From the NCBI RefSeq assembly GCF_006345805.1, contig NC_042999.1, forward strand, positions 3,906,001 to 3,970,000: a DNA stretch of 64,000 bases, read 5' to 3'. The first letter of the stretch is position 1, and every line of letters starts with the position of its first letter. Shown one piece after another: positions 22,542 through 36,430 of this stretch. The notes beneath the pieces were generated by a model. That model saw only the letters and a program-made list of their open reading frames with translations, was not told where the DNA came from and did no database searches. Origin of the DNA: Octopus sinensis (lineage: Eukaryota). Position numbers and translations under genes: made by a program.

Positions 22542-24479
22542 TATGTGGGTGGGGTGTATGTATATATACATTCACATATGTGAATATAAGTATGCCTGTG
22601 TGTAAGTTTTTATTTCCACTTGTTTTTGCATTAACATTGTTTGTGCAACAGTGATATTACATTTACATTTCCCATGTACAATATATCTCGAAGCTCAGTA
22701 GTTACAACATGTGAAAACCAGTAGAAATATAAAATCTTTTCTTGTAAAATCAGTAAATATTGGCAACAAGGAAGAGCATCCAGTTGTAGAATGCAGTCTT
22801 GGTATTTCTCATCCAGCCCACAAAAATATGAAAAAAAATCAGACAATAAAACAGCTGTGTTGGTAGTGGTAGTGGTAAAATTATAATACCATGTCAATGT
22901 TGAGCATTATATATTGCCAGAGCTGATGTTGCAATTATGCTCCACATAATATGAGAGGACAGATGGTAGAGTTGATTAAATGTAGCAGTTTGTTGTTTCA
23001 GCTAAAGAAACATTACTCACGCTAAATGGTTTTGAGTCCATGTAAAGTAAAGTGATATAATTTGCCATTATTAGCTGTGGTTACCCAGTTAAAAATAGCA
23101 GATTCTTTTGTTTGCAGTGTTTCATTCAGTTTCTCCTGCAGCAAATGTAACTTGATTTCCTATAATGATTTTTCTAATTTAGCTCTTATCTTCTTAGCAT
23201 TGCAGAAGTTAAAGGTAAGCTCTGGCACATAGGACTACACATGTCTCTAAAAGACAGTCTTTGTGCATCCACTAAAGCTGAATGCAACTTTCTATTACAT
23301 TTTTTCTAACTACATTTCCGTGGTCATCCTCTTTATTTTCGTATAACATTGCATTATTCTTAGAGTTAATGGTTGTTTTCAGCCTCTTGACTTTTTCTGC
23401 CCTCCACTACAGAGTAAATCATTCAGTGTACAGCTTCACAGTTAAAAGTCAAGTAGAAATTGAATAAATTCTTTGAAACGATTTGTATATTCAGTATTTT
23501 ATTACTTTTCTTTCACTACAATTATTGATTTCTTTGTCAATTTTGATCTTTTAGATTTGGAAAAAAAAATATTTTTCATTAATTAATGATAAATATGATT
23601 ATATATTTAAATATACAAAATCAAGATTATTGGTGCAATATATATATATATATATATATATATCATTTGGCTGAAGTTAGCATGAAAAACCTAACTTTTC
23701 TAGTAGACTCCAACATTCAATAAACCAAGAGTTTTATGAAAAAAGTTAAGTTTCTTCAAAACAAGAAATATATTTCTAGTCTAAAGAAACAAAAATAAAC
23801 ATATAATTCAATGGAATACTGTTAATATTCTTCAACTCAACTGGCAAGCATGGTCATTTGGTGTTGTGCTGTAGCTACCTTCTGCCTCTTCTGTTATTCC
23901 TGAAACAGCATCTAACTCTGACATGTTCACCTAAATCCTCTCTTCATTTTGTTAGGCTTGTTGCATTGTCAAATCTTCCTTTTTTTATGACTGGCTTCCT
24001 GTAGAAGCATCATTTAAAAATGTGACATAATTGATCTCATCCACTTGTCTTGGCCCTTGAGTGCATTTAGTTTTGAAGGCACAGGTATTGGGTTCAGATT
24101 TATTGTGTGACACCTTGGGCAAATGTCTTCTGCTATAGTAAAATATTTCCTCATTCCAGAAATTCAGACAAAATTTATCATCATATTTTTACATCTGCTT
24201 TTTCCATACTGAGTTAGATGTAACTTACTGAGGCAGTATTCTCTTCCTTTCACTGACTCTTATCTGGTTTTTAAGCAATTTATTTTCATTCCACTCGTCT
24301 TCTTCACATAACAAATTTGCTGAGGTACAGGATGTACTGTCTGTAGGAGATATAAAAATAACATTGCTGTAACCTAAATAGTGTCAATACAAAGACACAT
24401 GGAAAAAAAAATGCACTTATAAAACATGCACACACATATACATGCACTTCATATCAAACATATAACAGCTTTCTTTGCC

Positions 24480-24845
24480 ATTGTCAGTATCATGTAACTG
24501 GTACTAGTGCTGGTGGCACATAAAATGCATCTTTCATGCATTGGACCTCACAGAGGCAATGACAGATGACTGAGACATTTGGCAATATGCTGTGCTTGAG
24601 AAGAAGGCCCATCAAACCAAGTGAAATCATAGTTGTGGGGAAGATACTAGTGTCACGCAACTGGCACCCATGCCAGTGGCATGTAAAAGCACCTATTACA
24701 CTCTCAGAGTGGCTGATGTTAGGAAGGGCATCCAGCCATAGAAACTATACCAAATCTGATGTCTGGTGCAGCCTCTCAGCTTACCAGCTCTGGTCAAACC
24801 GTCCAACCCATGCCAGCATGGACAATGGACATTAGATGATGATGA
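24480..24845 (+). mobile_element. RTE LINE 3' end including ORF2 C-terminus
   Basis: Translates DLTEAMTDD*DIWQYAVLEKKAHQTK* (RTE-like L.E.M..DR..WR.AV end), followed by the family 3' UTR and (GAT)n. Confidence 0.65.
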
Positions 24846-25214
24846 AAGCAATATATTCCTATAAAAAACAATATTCAACCAGTAAACTTCTGATGGATGT
24901 AGGGATCTAATGTTGACACTTGTAATGAATTAATTGTCCTTCAAAGTATTTAACAGTTGCTAAGAGTTTCATTGACTAATCAGTGAACACTTGAAAAGAC
25001 TGTGCTTTCCTGATGAGGTATAAATATGATTGAAACATGTTTGCAGCTGTCACTTTACCCAATCTAATTTCCCTACTAAGTACAAAAATTAAATGTTCTG
25101 TGATTATAACTCGTAATTTCTTGAAATTATCTTCCGTTTTCTTTGAGCATTATTAAGAATTGCAACTAGTTTTTATTTGAAGAAGTGGGTTATATTTTTC
25201 TTCTCCAAGTATAT

Positions 25215-25635
25215 CATTGCTTAACGTCCATATTTCCATGCTTGCATGAGTTGGATGAAATTTGTTGAAGCAAGTTTTCTATAAAGGGTGCTTTTCCTGT
25301 CACTAATGCTCATTTGTTTCCAAGCAAGGTAGTATTTCCCCATGGCCTAAATTTGTTTTTCAGAAAAGATTGGAAATAAATACAATATGAGGTGATGCTT
25401 GTTTACAGCTATTGTGTGATGTCAAGACAAGGGTACACGTGCATTCACATATGCACATATATACACACAATTGGCTTTTTTTAGCTTCCATCTACCAAAT
25501 CCACTTACAATATTTTAGGCTTTAGTTGGCCTGAGACTATAGTAGATGACACTTACCCAAGGTGCTGCACAGTGGAACTGAACCCAAGAATGCATGCTTG
25601 AGAAGCAAGCTTCATAATCACACAGCCATGCCTAT
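25215..25635 (-). mobile_element. SINE-A head with RTE-type tail
   Basis: TTAACGTCCATATTTCCATGCTTGCATG ... CAAATCCACT ... GGAACTGAACCC ... CACAGCC. Confidence 0.6.
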
Positions 25636-26699
25636 GCTTACAAGAAATGAATTTCAATTCATTTTTTTTTTTTTTCATTTCATATCACATTCAGTACATC
25701 ATCAGTTCCTGATTCATCTAAATTTATATCATTGGATCAGTTGATTTACTTCCTTTACATCACATTTTGTGATTGAAAAACATTGGTTATGCACTTAAAA
25801 AAAAAACTTGCAATTATATCAACTTGTATGCTTAAAATTGCCTTTCATTACACTTAGAATCCGTCAGAAATGGGACTAACACAGATATTTCAAATAGTTA
25901 ACAATTTTTTCTCACAAGTTTTCTGCTAAGTGTTAGCATTAAGGGCATGCATGATTGGTAGCTATTCATTAGTAACTTATATCACTTTATGACTTCCTCT
26001 TTTAAATTCTAGTCTGCCATTATCTTCACATAAGTCTCCTAGTTTATTTTTCAGCTAGCTAAATTGAAGCATAAGGTATACAGATAACCTTCTTTAAGAG
26101 CTTAATTTTGTGTTATTGCTTGTTGCAATGTTTGAAGTTGTATTTTTATGTGTCTAACATTTCTCTGTTCTTAATTATATGAAACAACTTAGTATATGTC
26201 TGAAAGAAGGTTTTGCCAGATTAATGTCACATATAATATTGATGTAGCAAACATCAACAAACTGTTCAAGGTGATAGAGAAATTGAAGAGGATAAGGAAA
26301 CATAAAGACATAAAGCTCAGTTTCTAGATACAAAATTTAAGTATGCATGGCAGTTAGACTGCAGTTAACTCGCAGTTAAATTGCACATGAAGGAAAGCAA
26401 GTCAATGAGATATGGGAAATAGATTTTGTCATGACATACATTCATATATTAGAGAATTTTGCCTTGGTTGATAGTTCTATAGTGATAAAAGAACTTTGCA
26501 ACTAAATCTCTGAGTTGCTGAAACTGAAAAATGGCCAACCACACTGAAAATAAAGTTGCTTCTAGCTGTACTGTTCTCTTGAATAATACTAATGGTAAAC
26601 AATGTTTCTAGTTTTTAATAGAATGCAAATTAGTTACTATTTGGATTTTATTGCTAATCCAAAAGGTTTGAAATAATTAAGCTCTTTGTCATTATCTTT

Positions 26700-27065
26700 C
26701 TTTTACTTGTTTCAGTCATCAGACCGCAGCCATGCTGGGGCATCACCTACAAGAATTTTAGTCAAGCAAAGCAATCCTAATACTTATTTTTCTAAAGCTT
26801 GGTACATATTCAATCAGTTTTTTTTCTTAATCACTAAGTTACAGAGACAAACACACCAACACTGGTTATCAAGCAGTAAGGCAGTGACAAACATAGATAT
26901 ACACATATATATATGATAGGCTTCTTTCAGTTTCTATCTACCAAATCCACTCTCAAGGATTTGATCAACCCAAGTTTATAGTAGAAGACACTTACTCGAG
27001 GTGTAATGCAGTGATACTGAACCCAAAACCATGTGGTTGTGAAGCATGCTTCTTACCACACAGCA
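26700..27065 (-). mobile_element. SINE-A copy
   Basis: TTGTTTCAGTCATCAGACCGCAGCCATGCTGGGGCA tail through the CTTACCACACAGC head. Confidence 0.65.
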
Positions 27066-27257
27066 ACATCTGCAGTTATTTGAATATCTTTTTAACACAT
27101 GCAAACGTACATGTATACATTATGGCCATCATATGTATAGTACAATTTAAATTGCTTCACATATAATTACCATTTCATTTATCTTTCCAGCTTCACTCTG
27201 GTAACTTCCACCCCACTTCAGTTTAATGTTAAATTAATTTTATATATAACTTGAAAT

Positions 27258-27295
<38 letters not shown>

Positions 27296-27774
27296 GGAGA
27301 ATGAGAGAGAGAGAGATAAGCAGGGTGATTTACCATTAAATTGTTTAACTTGTCTTTCTTTTAGTATCCACAATTACTAGTTTTTCTCATTCTTATAAGG
27401 TATTCACAAAAATTTTACAACTTTCATCATATCTCTCTTCCATCTTCTAAACAAATTGGGGCTGTGGAGTGAGAGAATTGTTAGAGCATCAGGAGATATC
27501 TTGTGGCCTGTGTTCCAGCTCTTGGCATTCTCTGCTCAAATCCTGTCCTGGCTAGTTGAGTGGTAGACTTATTCTCTTCTTTTGTTCTGAGACCATCACT
27601 TGGCCCTTTAAATACATTTAGCATGGTCTACTCAGTTGTATGTCTTGGGGCCAGGTCACTGATTTCAGGATATCTTTCTTCTTATCTCCCACCATTCTTG
27701 GAGGCCATTTGAAAGGTCATGGGCACTGTCTCCTCCTGAATAAAAGAGGCATGGGTGTATGTATATGTGTTGTG

Positions 27775-28085
27775 AAGGTGTGTGGCGAAGTGGTTCGGGC
27801 ATTTGGCTCCCAATCTTAGGATCATGAATTTGATACCTGGCAACATGTTGTGTCCTTCAGCAAGACAATTTGTTTCACTATGCTTCAGTCCACTCTGCTG
27901 GCAAAAATGAGTAGTACCTGTAATTCAAAGGATCATCCTTCTTACATTCCATGTCACGCTGAATCTCTCTGAGAACTACATGAACGGTACATGTGCCTGT
28001 GGAGTGCTCAGCCACTTGCATGTTAATTTCACAAGCAATCTATTCTATTGATCTGATCAACTGGAATCCTGGTAGCTGTAACCAT
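27775..28085 (+). mobile_element. SINE-B related copy
   Basis: TGTGGCGAAGTGGTT head; GTGGAGTGCTCAGCCACTTGCATGTTAATTTCAC 3' part. Confidence 0.6.
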
Positions 28086-28099
28086 TGAAACACTAGTTT

Positions 28100-28137
<38 letters not shown>

Positions 28138-29500
28138 TTCTGTGTATAATGTGTGGTGTTTTTCAGTTATTATAAACATCAAGAAACAAGGGAAAAAAAT
28201 AAACCAAATTGGAGCAAAGAACTTCTAACCATCACTATTCTTGTTGCTTCTAATGTCGCATTTCCCCTTTTCTGTTAATTGTCACATCAAAGTGAACAGA
28301 CTGAGTAATTTCTATCACTTGTTCCAACAAGTTTTCTCACTTCAGTCATAATGTAACAAGATAATTGTAACATAGTCTGCAGCCAGATTAACAGACATTA
28401 AGTAGATTAAAAACACTCTCTCTATAGTTAATAGCATTAATAAGATTACTAACCCCAGACCACCTCCACCACAACCACTGCCACCACCCATTGCCATAGT
28501 TACAAGAGGAAATAGTGATTCATACATAAAAAGAATAATTAGATCAAATTAAACACCAATACAAATGAGTAGAAACTAAGACAATACTACCATAAATGAA
28601 AAGATTGTTTATAAGAATCAATTGTTCCAAATAGATCAGGGCATAAAACCATTTTCAAGTTGCAGCAGAGAAATGCTTTTGTATAAATTTTTACCAGTAT
28701 TAATTTCTGATATTTATTTCCTGTTTATTTTGTTTTGTTATTGTTGTTTGTCTTCATAATTGTATCAGAAATTGCATCCATCGCTTAAAACAATTCTTCA
28801 GAATTGAAAAATTGAGAAAAAAAGTAACAAAATAAAAATCACTTGCTTTATTAATTATCAAAAAAGAAAAAAGACATTGTCATATCTGTTCCATTCTGCT
28901 TAAATCTTTATCTATTATTGGATATTTACTTACTTTTGTCTTCAATCTTTAGTTACATATCATATAGCATTATCCAACCACGTAAAAATAAATTAACAAT
29001 ATATAGTTAACACTTTTATGTCGGGCTCAATTTTGTTAGTTTTTATTTTTTTTCATGCTTATATAGTATTAATGATTTTTATGGCTTTTCACAAATTCCT
29101 TGTAGTTATTTTATCGAAGCTACCAATTAGAATAAATATCTATTTCCTCTTTCATAATTGCCTATTTTCAATGAAATTTTCTCTCTGTTTCACAAATTAA
29201 TTCTTCATGAATTAAAAAGTAAAAAATTATGGCAATTAGATTTTTGGTTTGGCAGTTTAAGGTTTAAGTTAATTTTGTTGCCTTTCTTTCTTAAAATAGA
29301 AATAAGTATTAGATATGTATTGTAATTAAATCTTTTATTACCATATTTCTGTTGAAATATACTACCTTCTTTCAATTAATTTTGAAAATAATGAAGAATT
29401 TAGTAATACCCCTTTGTTATTATTAAGCTGGTATTTCAAACATAAATTAACACAAAATTTTGATGGTAGGTTTTAATTTAGATTGCAGGATTGGTATCAA

Positions 29501-29714
29501 AAAGGTCATGGGCACTGTCTCCTCCTGAATAAAAGAGGCATGGGTGTATGTGTATGTGTTGTGAAGGTGTGTGGCGAAGTGGTTCGGGCATTTGGCTCCC
29601 AATCTTAGGATCATGAATTTGATACCTGGCAGCATGTTGTGTCCTTCAGCAAGACAATTTGTTTCACTATGCTTCAGTTCAGTCTGCTAGCAAAAATGAG
29701 TAGTACCTGTAATT
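29501..29714 (+). repeat. 214-bp direct copy of 27712-27925
   Basis: Manual alignment shows 5 mismatches and no indels; includes non-SINE flank plus the SINE 5' half. Confidence 0.9.
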
Positions 29715-30144
29715 TCCATTAAAATACACTACCTTTATTTTGATTAATTTTGAAAATAATGAACAATTTAGTATAACACCTTTGTCGTTATTAAACTGGT
29801 GTTTTATAAGGTGGCAAGCCAGCAGAACCATTAGCATACTGTACAAAATGTTGCCTTTCATCCTTTTCAGGTCAATAAAATAAGTACCAGCTATGCACTG
29901 AGGTCAATGCAATCAGCTTCCCCTTTTCAAAAACCGGCCCTGAGTCAAAATTTGAAAACATTATTAAGATGGTATTTGGAATAAAAATTGACAAGATACC
30001 TTGATGGAAGGTTCCAATCTAGATCACTTTAATGCAAGAAGTTTGTACCATAGAACTCAGGGCAGTCTCAGGCAGGTTGACATCAAAAAAGTTAAAATAG
30101 GAAAAGAAAAAAGAAAAACAGTAAAAGTTTTTTATAGAGGACCA

Positions 30145-30410
30145 GGCATGGTGATGTGGCCAAGATGTTTGCAACCTTGTGGTTTGGGATTCAGTGCCTC
30201 TGAGTGGCACCTTGAGCCAGTACCTCTTACTATAGTTTTGCAAGTAGATTTGATAGACAGAAATTGTGTGGGAGCCCATTGTATATATGCGCGCACACAC
30301 ACACACACACTTGTGTGTCAGGTATGAAAATAAGCACTTGGAGTAATTCACTTGATTAAGCTATTCGAGGAGATGCCCCAGCATGGCCACAGTCCAAAGA
30401 AGCAAGTAAA
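30145..30410 (+). mobile_element. SINE-A copy, degenerate
   Basis: GGCATGGTGATGTGG head; GATGCCCCAGCATGGCCACAGTC tail. Confidence 0.55.
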
Positions 30411-33400
30411 AAAAATTAGAAAATGAAAACCATGGAACTTCATCCAAGTTGTGTTATTCTTATACTCTTTTACTTGTTTTAACCATTGGAACTTGCCCAG
30501 GCTGGGGCATTGCTCAAGTAGTGTGTGAGGCACACAAAAAGATACTCACACATGGATACATATACATACATGTGTGTGTGTGACAGAATTTCATACATGT
30601 TTTGATTACCAAATGCAATTGCAAAGCATTGATAGGGTTTGGATATAGTAGAAAACACGTACCCAAGGTAATGTGCAGTGAGACTGAACTCAAAACCATA
30701 TGGTTATAAAGTGAACTTCTCAGCCACACAACCATTCCTGTGCTTATCATCCTTTCCTATTATCATAAATATTAAAAACATTGGCTTTTGTATTTATGTT
30801 CATCTTAATTATATGATCATGTTTGATGGTATGATACGTAAATGAAATGCAAAATAAATACTTATTTTAATTAAGGGCATCGTAATTATAAACCAATACA
30901 AAAATTATGGAAATATTAATAAACTTTATTTTATTGAGATAGAGGCAACCTAGAAAATTCGTTAGAGTATCAGAAAAACTTTCTGGCATTCATTCTAGCT
31001 TTTTATGTTCAAATTCTGTCAAAGTCAACTATATTTTTATCCTTCCAAGGTTGATAAAAAAAGTTCTAGTCCAGTACTGAGGTCAACATCTTTGCTTGAC
31101 ACCCACCCTTTAAGGTTTCTTGTTTTGTACCTAAATTAGAAATAACTATCATAAGATATCTCTTGTAATATTATCATGAGCTGAAGCTCTGAGACTTGAA
31201 AATCCCAAAAGCTGAGAATATTACATATATATGGAGTAATCAAACTTGAACTAACCATTTTAAATATTATTTTTGCTGATGCATCAAATGTTAGTGAGCA
31301 AAGATGGCCTGAAATACATAAAGAGCACACTCTCTAATAAGTGATTTAAGCATTTCATTAAGCCTAAAATTACCACATATCAGTGAACGATAATTGATTT
31401 GTTACAATTTATTCAAGGTAATACATCAAGGTTAAACAAGAAAAAAGCAAAATATTGTTTTGCTATGGTAACCCCTCCCTGTGTGTGTGTGTGTTTATAT
31501 ATATATGGTGTGACTATATATTTTCTATGAAAATCAATGAATTATAAGAGATGTATCTGGATGTTAAACAATGCCTTAATAATATATTTGTGTAACCAAT
31601 GCTCACTTGGAAAATGGACAGGTGGAGGAACAAATATGACTGTGTATCTGTTAAAGCGATTAATGATTCTGCATTATATTGTTTTATATATGATTCTGCA
31701 TTATATATATATGATTCTGCATTATATATATATATATATATATGTATTATATAAAATCTGTTTATTCATTCAAATCCAAAAGTTTTATCGTGTCATTATT
31801 CAGAGTTTTGAATGAATAAACAGATAATAAAATTCTACTTCAAAATCTAAGTACTGCAATTTCTTGTTTGTGGGCACCTAAGATCAAGCCATATATTCAT
31901 AAGTGTGTGTATGTGTTATTGTGTGCTTATATACTTCTATGCAGGGTTGGTTGCGTTATTTTTTTGTTTTTTATAATGCTTTCAAATTCATTTATGCCAA
32001 TCTTTCTAACAAGGATTAAATATCAGTCACAAATGCAATAAAGGTAAACCTGAAAATCATTTTCTGTTCCCTAGATTCTTCAATAGAGATTTTAGTATAG
32101 CCTTTTGTTTTCTTTTAAATTCTATCAAATTAAATAATAAAATTAAATTTAATGCTATCTTTTGAATTTCTTTGATTGTTTTCCCATGTGTCTTGGCTCC
32201 AGTTAGCTTCCAATGTGCTTCAGTGGTTTTATGATAACAGAAAGTTAATGCAAACACTGAAAGAAAAAAGTCAATATTTACTAGCAAAAATAGACATTTT
32301 ACAGCACTGAGAAAGTAAGAAAACATGTAATCCAAGTACAAACTAGCTTTTATTTATTTTCTACATTTTGTTCTTATTAAAATAAAATAACATATATAGA
32401 TGTTCTATTTTTACTATTACTCAGCCGATCAGAATTGTACACAATTTGATAAAATTGAATGATGGATAAGGGAATATGTGAGGTTTGATAGACAAAATGA
32501 AGCTTTTACTTTTTATTTTTTTCTCTTATGATTGAATGATTGAATGCATGCTAACAGTAAGAAGAGTCTAAGTATTTTGTCATTTTTAGACATTCTAAAC
32601 TAATTTTACACTGTGATACAGTAGTTTGGAACCTGAGTAGTTGTCATCTTAGACTACTTACTTCTGTGTAGGAGATAATACTAAAATGGTATGTAACAAT
32701 AAGTAAAAATAACATGTGCTACTGTATTATTTTTAACAAAGAATTATATTCTAAAAACTCACAGAATAAGGAAAGAAATTTGAGCAGTAAAAGAAATGAC
32801 AAATTGCTACTCTTACATAAAATTTTATATCTGGAATCCTAGAGGCTTGACAAAATTGTCATAAAATTGAATACGTTATTGTTTTGAAGTTAAAATTTCG
32901 ATTTGTCTTTTGGTTTGTTTTTTTTTAATGCATTTTGAAAAACTACATAGAATTTATATTCTCTGGTGATTTACAGGATAGCTTTTGCTTTTGGCTATCT
33001 GTGAAAGCTGCTTTTATTTATACATATGTGGATATTGGAATTTTCCCTTTTAGCCTGTTTTTAAGCATGTTAGAAAGTGTGAAATTATCTTGAAATCACT
33101 GACTTACACCTCCACGGAAACATGTTAGAACAGATCATTTAGCAGATTTTTCTATTCTCCTCTCATTAGGATGAATAAATTTTCATTGTTTCTTTTATTC
33201 ATCTGTAAAAAATGTCAATTTATTGACCTTATTTTATTTATTTTTTAAAATTTTGCCTATTTTAATTTAACATACAGAGTGCCGCAAAATATTACCTCCC
33301 TCAATTTACAGGTTTGGTTAATCTACACTACTCAGTAAGGAGCATAGGGCTGTTACCTGGTTTTCTCTGGCATATACATTCCTCCCTGGGTTAGACACCA

Positions 33401-33799
33401 GTCTGTCACAGGATTACTCATTTTTACCAGCTGAATGGACTGGAGCAATGTGAAATGAAGTGTTTTTCTTAAGAACACGAATTGAAACCACAATCTTACA
33501 GTCATGAGTATAACATCCTAACCACTAAGCCATTTGCCTCCACAGGCTTGAGAGGTTTTTCTGTCACACCCTAAAACTTGCTGAAATTTAGATATTTTCC
33601 ACCATACCCCATTATAAGTGTGAATATTATCAGTGAGCCATTATGAAGTCACTTCACAATCATATACTTCCGGTTCTGATCTTTCAGTGCATCACCTCAA
33701 GCAATTGTGTTTTTTTGCTTGTTTGTTTTTTTTTCAGAATGCTGGTTTTAGGTCAACCTGACATTCTGGAGGAGACACAATCACTTATATATTAATCTG

Positions 33800-34050
33800 A
33801 CCTTACCACTTCTCATACATTTCATTCACTTTCCTTGCTTACTTTTCACTGTTTAGCACACATTACTTTACCATCCAGCAGTCATTGTCCATGCTAGTGC
33901 AACTCATCTCTTCTTGCACACATGTACTAAATGCTCATCTATTTTCCTTGTATTCTTGCACTCGACTTTCCATGAAAGTTCTGAACATCCTATTGATAAT
34001 CTGTTTCATTTCCAGCTTCTATGGCTCATCTGTTGTGCTACGATGCAGCT
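33800..34050 (-). pseudogene. Possible decayed RTE ORF2 fragment
   Basis: Minus-strand peptides CVQEE...MDNDCW.VK*C loosely resemble RTE CVQERRLRW.GH..RMD...VKKC. Confidence 0.3.
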
Positions 34051-34914
34051 TAACACTTTCTCTGTGTACATTATATTATTTGACCTTTGCAGAAAGAAAG
34101 AAAAAAAAAATCCACTTTATTTTCAAGGGAGGTAACAATTCTCTTAACTCCCCCCACTATTTTTTATGATGGTTTCGGTCACTTTGTTGCTCTTTACTAC
34201 TTCTACTAATCTATCTCAATAGTTTGCAAACAATATACGTGTGTGTGTGTGCATGCTTGTGTGCGTGCTTGTGCACGTATGTGCATGTGTGAGTGTGCCT
34301 GTATGTGTGTATATGTGCATACACACATTTGCATACATATATTATGCATGTATATTAGTCTTTTGGGTTTCATTCTGAAGAATTGGAAACTGTTACATGA
34401 AATTGATAATCTTTAGTGGGATAATATTTATATCTCTAGTGGATATTGATTTCAGCAAGTACAGTTATCTTCAAGTTATAGCAATTTTGCAACTTATAGC
34501 AATTTTGGCCATTTATGACCACCGTTATGGCAGGATATAAATGTAATGGATGTGAGAAATTACCAATGTTGCCATCTGCATGAAATTCCATAATTGAGTA
34601 AATGCTAACAAATTTAATGTTATGAAAAAAAAAACAACTATAATTAATTACAAGCTTACTTTTGTAGTTAGGAGAAAATATATAATAAATTTAATTTAAT
34701 CTTTGGCAAATGGTAAATTCAGTCATGTTTTGATCTTATTTATACCTCTTCAGTACTTGTGATGATTATCTAGTCATAGAGTTGTCATTCTTTGGCTTTG
34801 ACAATATTTCATTAATAATAGTCATTGAATCTGTTCTCATTTCCACACTGCAAAAATAATTTTAATTTGATGAAATTTTATTTTTTATTCACCACATTAT
34901 TTCAACTCCTATGT

Positions 34915-35070
34915 TCTGAGTTCAAATTCCGCCGAGGTCAACTTTGCCTTTCATCTTTTCAGGGTCGATTAAATAAGTACCAGTTACACATTGGGGTTGA
35001 TATAATCAACTTAATCCGTTTGTCTGTCCCCTCTGTGTTTAGCCCCTTGTGGGCAGTAAAGAAATAAGAT
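34915..35070 (+). mobile_element. SINE-C copy
   Basis: GTTCTGAGTTCAAATTCCGCCGAGGTCAACTTTGCCTTTCATC..GGTCGATTAAATAAGTACCAG. Confidence 0.65.
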
Positions 35071-35214
35071 GTTATTAGACAAAGTAGTAAACACCAATTA
35101 GATTATATTCCAGAATCCAAAATATGTTGTTGACAAGTCTTTTTCTTGCTTTCCCTTAAAATGGCTTTCTTTTTTAATTATTCTCTGCTGATTCCATGTC
35201 GGTTGTGTTCTTCC

Positions 35215-35530
35215 TTATCCTTAAATCCTTAAAAATGTTTTAGCCCGAAGGCCGCGGCCATGCTGGGGCACTACCGCTGAATGAGCTACACTAATTTGTG
35301 AATCCACCTCTGATACGTGACACTTGATCAACAAGGGAGTTCGATGCTGCCGCCCGCATCCGCGTCTCCTGTCGTGAGGTAGGTTCATCTGGGACTCCCG
35401 ACAGGAAGAGATCCAGTTTAGTTTTAAAGAAACCCACATCCACACCATGTAAGTCTCTCAAGCATTTAGGGAGGATGTTAAAGAGCTGTGGTCCTCTGAA
35501 ACCCAAGCTGTTGCAGTATCTGGACCTGTA
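35215..35530 (-). mobile_element. CR1/Jockey-group LINE 3' end
   Basis: GFRGPQLFNILPKCLRDLHGVDVGFFKTKLDLFLSGVPDEP...RAAASNSLVDQV, then a 3' UTR stem-loop and (TTTAAGGA) tail. Confidence 0.8.
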
Positions 35531-36029
35531 TTTTGATGGTGATGTTGGAATCCTTAATACAAGTAATGCTAGTATGTTATAATATAATTGTTATAATAAC
35601 AATATATTGTTGTCCATACTATTGTCAAATGGTTAAGGAGCTAACTTCACAAGCACAAGCTCGCAGCTATGATCCCACTGCGCATAAACTTTGGAAAGTG
35701 TCATTTTCTATGGCCTCAAGTCAACTCATAATTTGTGAGTGAAATTGGGAAAGCCGAAACAGTAGAAACTCACAAGGTAGATTGTATCTATAATTTAAAA
35801 GATAGGCCTTGTCATACATTGCATATTGTTGATTCTGCTTGAGTCTGTCAAAGGCTCAGGTACTAATGCATTAATCCAGGAACAAGTAATTCAGATGATC
35901 AAACAATGAAATCCTTGTTGCTGAGAGACAGAGATGTGCTACCACACCACAACCACCATCACCACCACCACCACCATTGCATCTAGTAACACATACATTT
36001 TACTTTGAGAATAAACTGAAAATATTAGG

Positions 36030-36430
36030 TGTAGGTGTGGCTGTTTCATGAAAAGTTTGTTTCCCAACCACATGGCTCCAGATTCGGTCCCATTGCACGG
36101 CCTCTTGTGCAAGTGTCTTTAACTGTAGCCTCAGTCTGACCAAAGCCTTGTGAGCAGATTTGGTAGATAGAAACCTGTTGTGTGTGTGTGTGTGTGTGCG
36201 TGTGTATGCATGTGTGTGTGTCTGTGTTTATCACCCACCACCACTTGACAATGAATGTTGGTGTGTTTAAGTCCCCATAACCTAGTGGTTCAGCAAAAAG
36301 AGACCAATAGAATAAGCATCAGGCTTAGGGAAAAAAGTACTGGGTTGATTTGTTTGACTAAACCCTTCAACACAGTGCCCCAGCATGGCTGCAGTCTAAT
36401 GACTGAAACAAGTAAATGACAAAAGATAAA
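36030..36430 (+). mobile_element. SINE-A, full-length, moderately decayed
   Basis: Head, centre, (TG)n and the GTGCCCCAGCATGGCTGCAGTCTAATGACTGAAACAAG tail. Confidence 0.75.
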
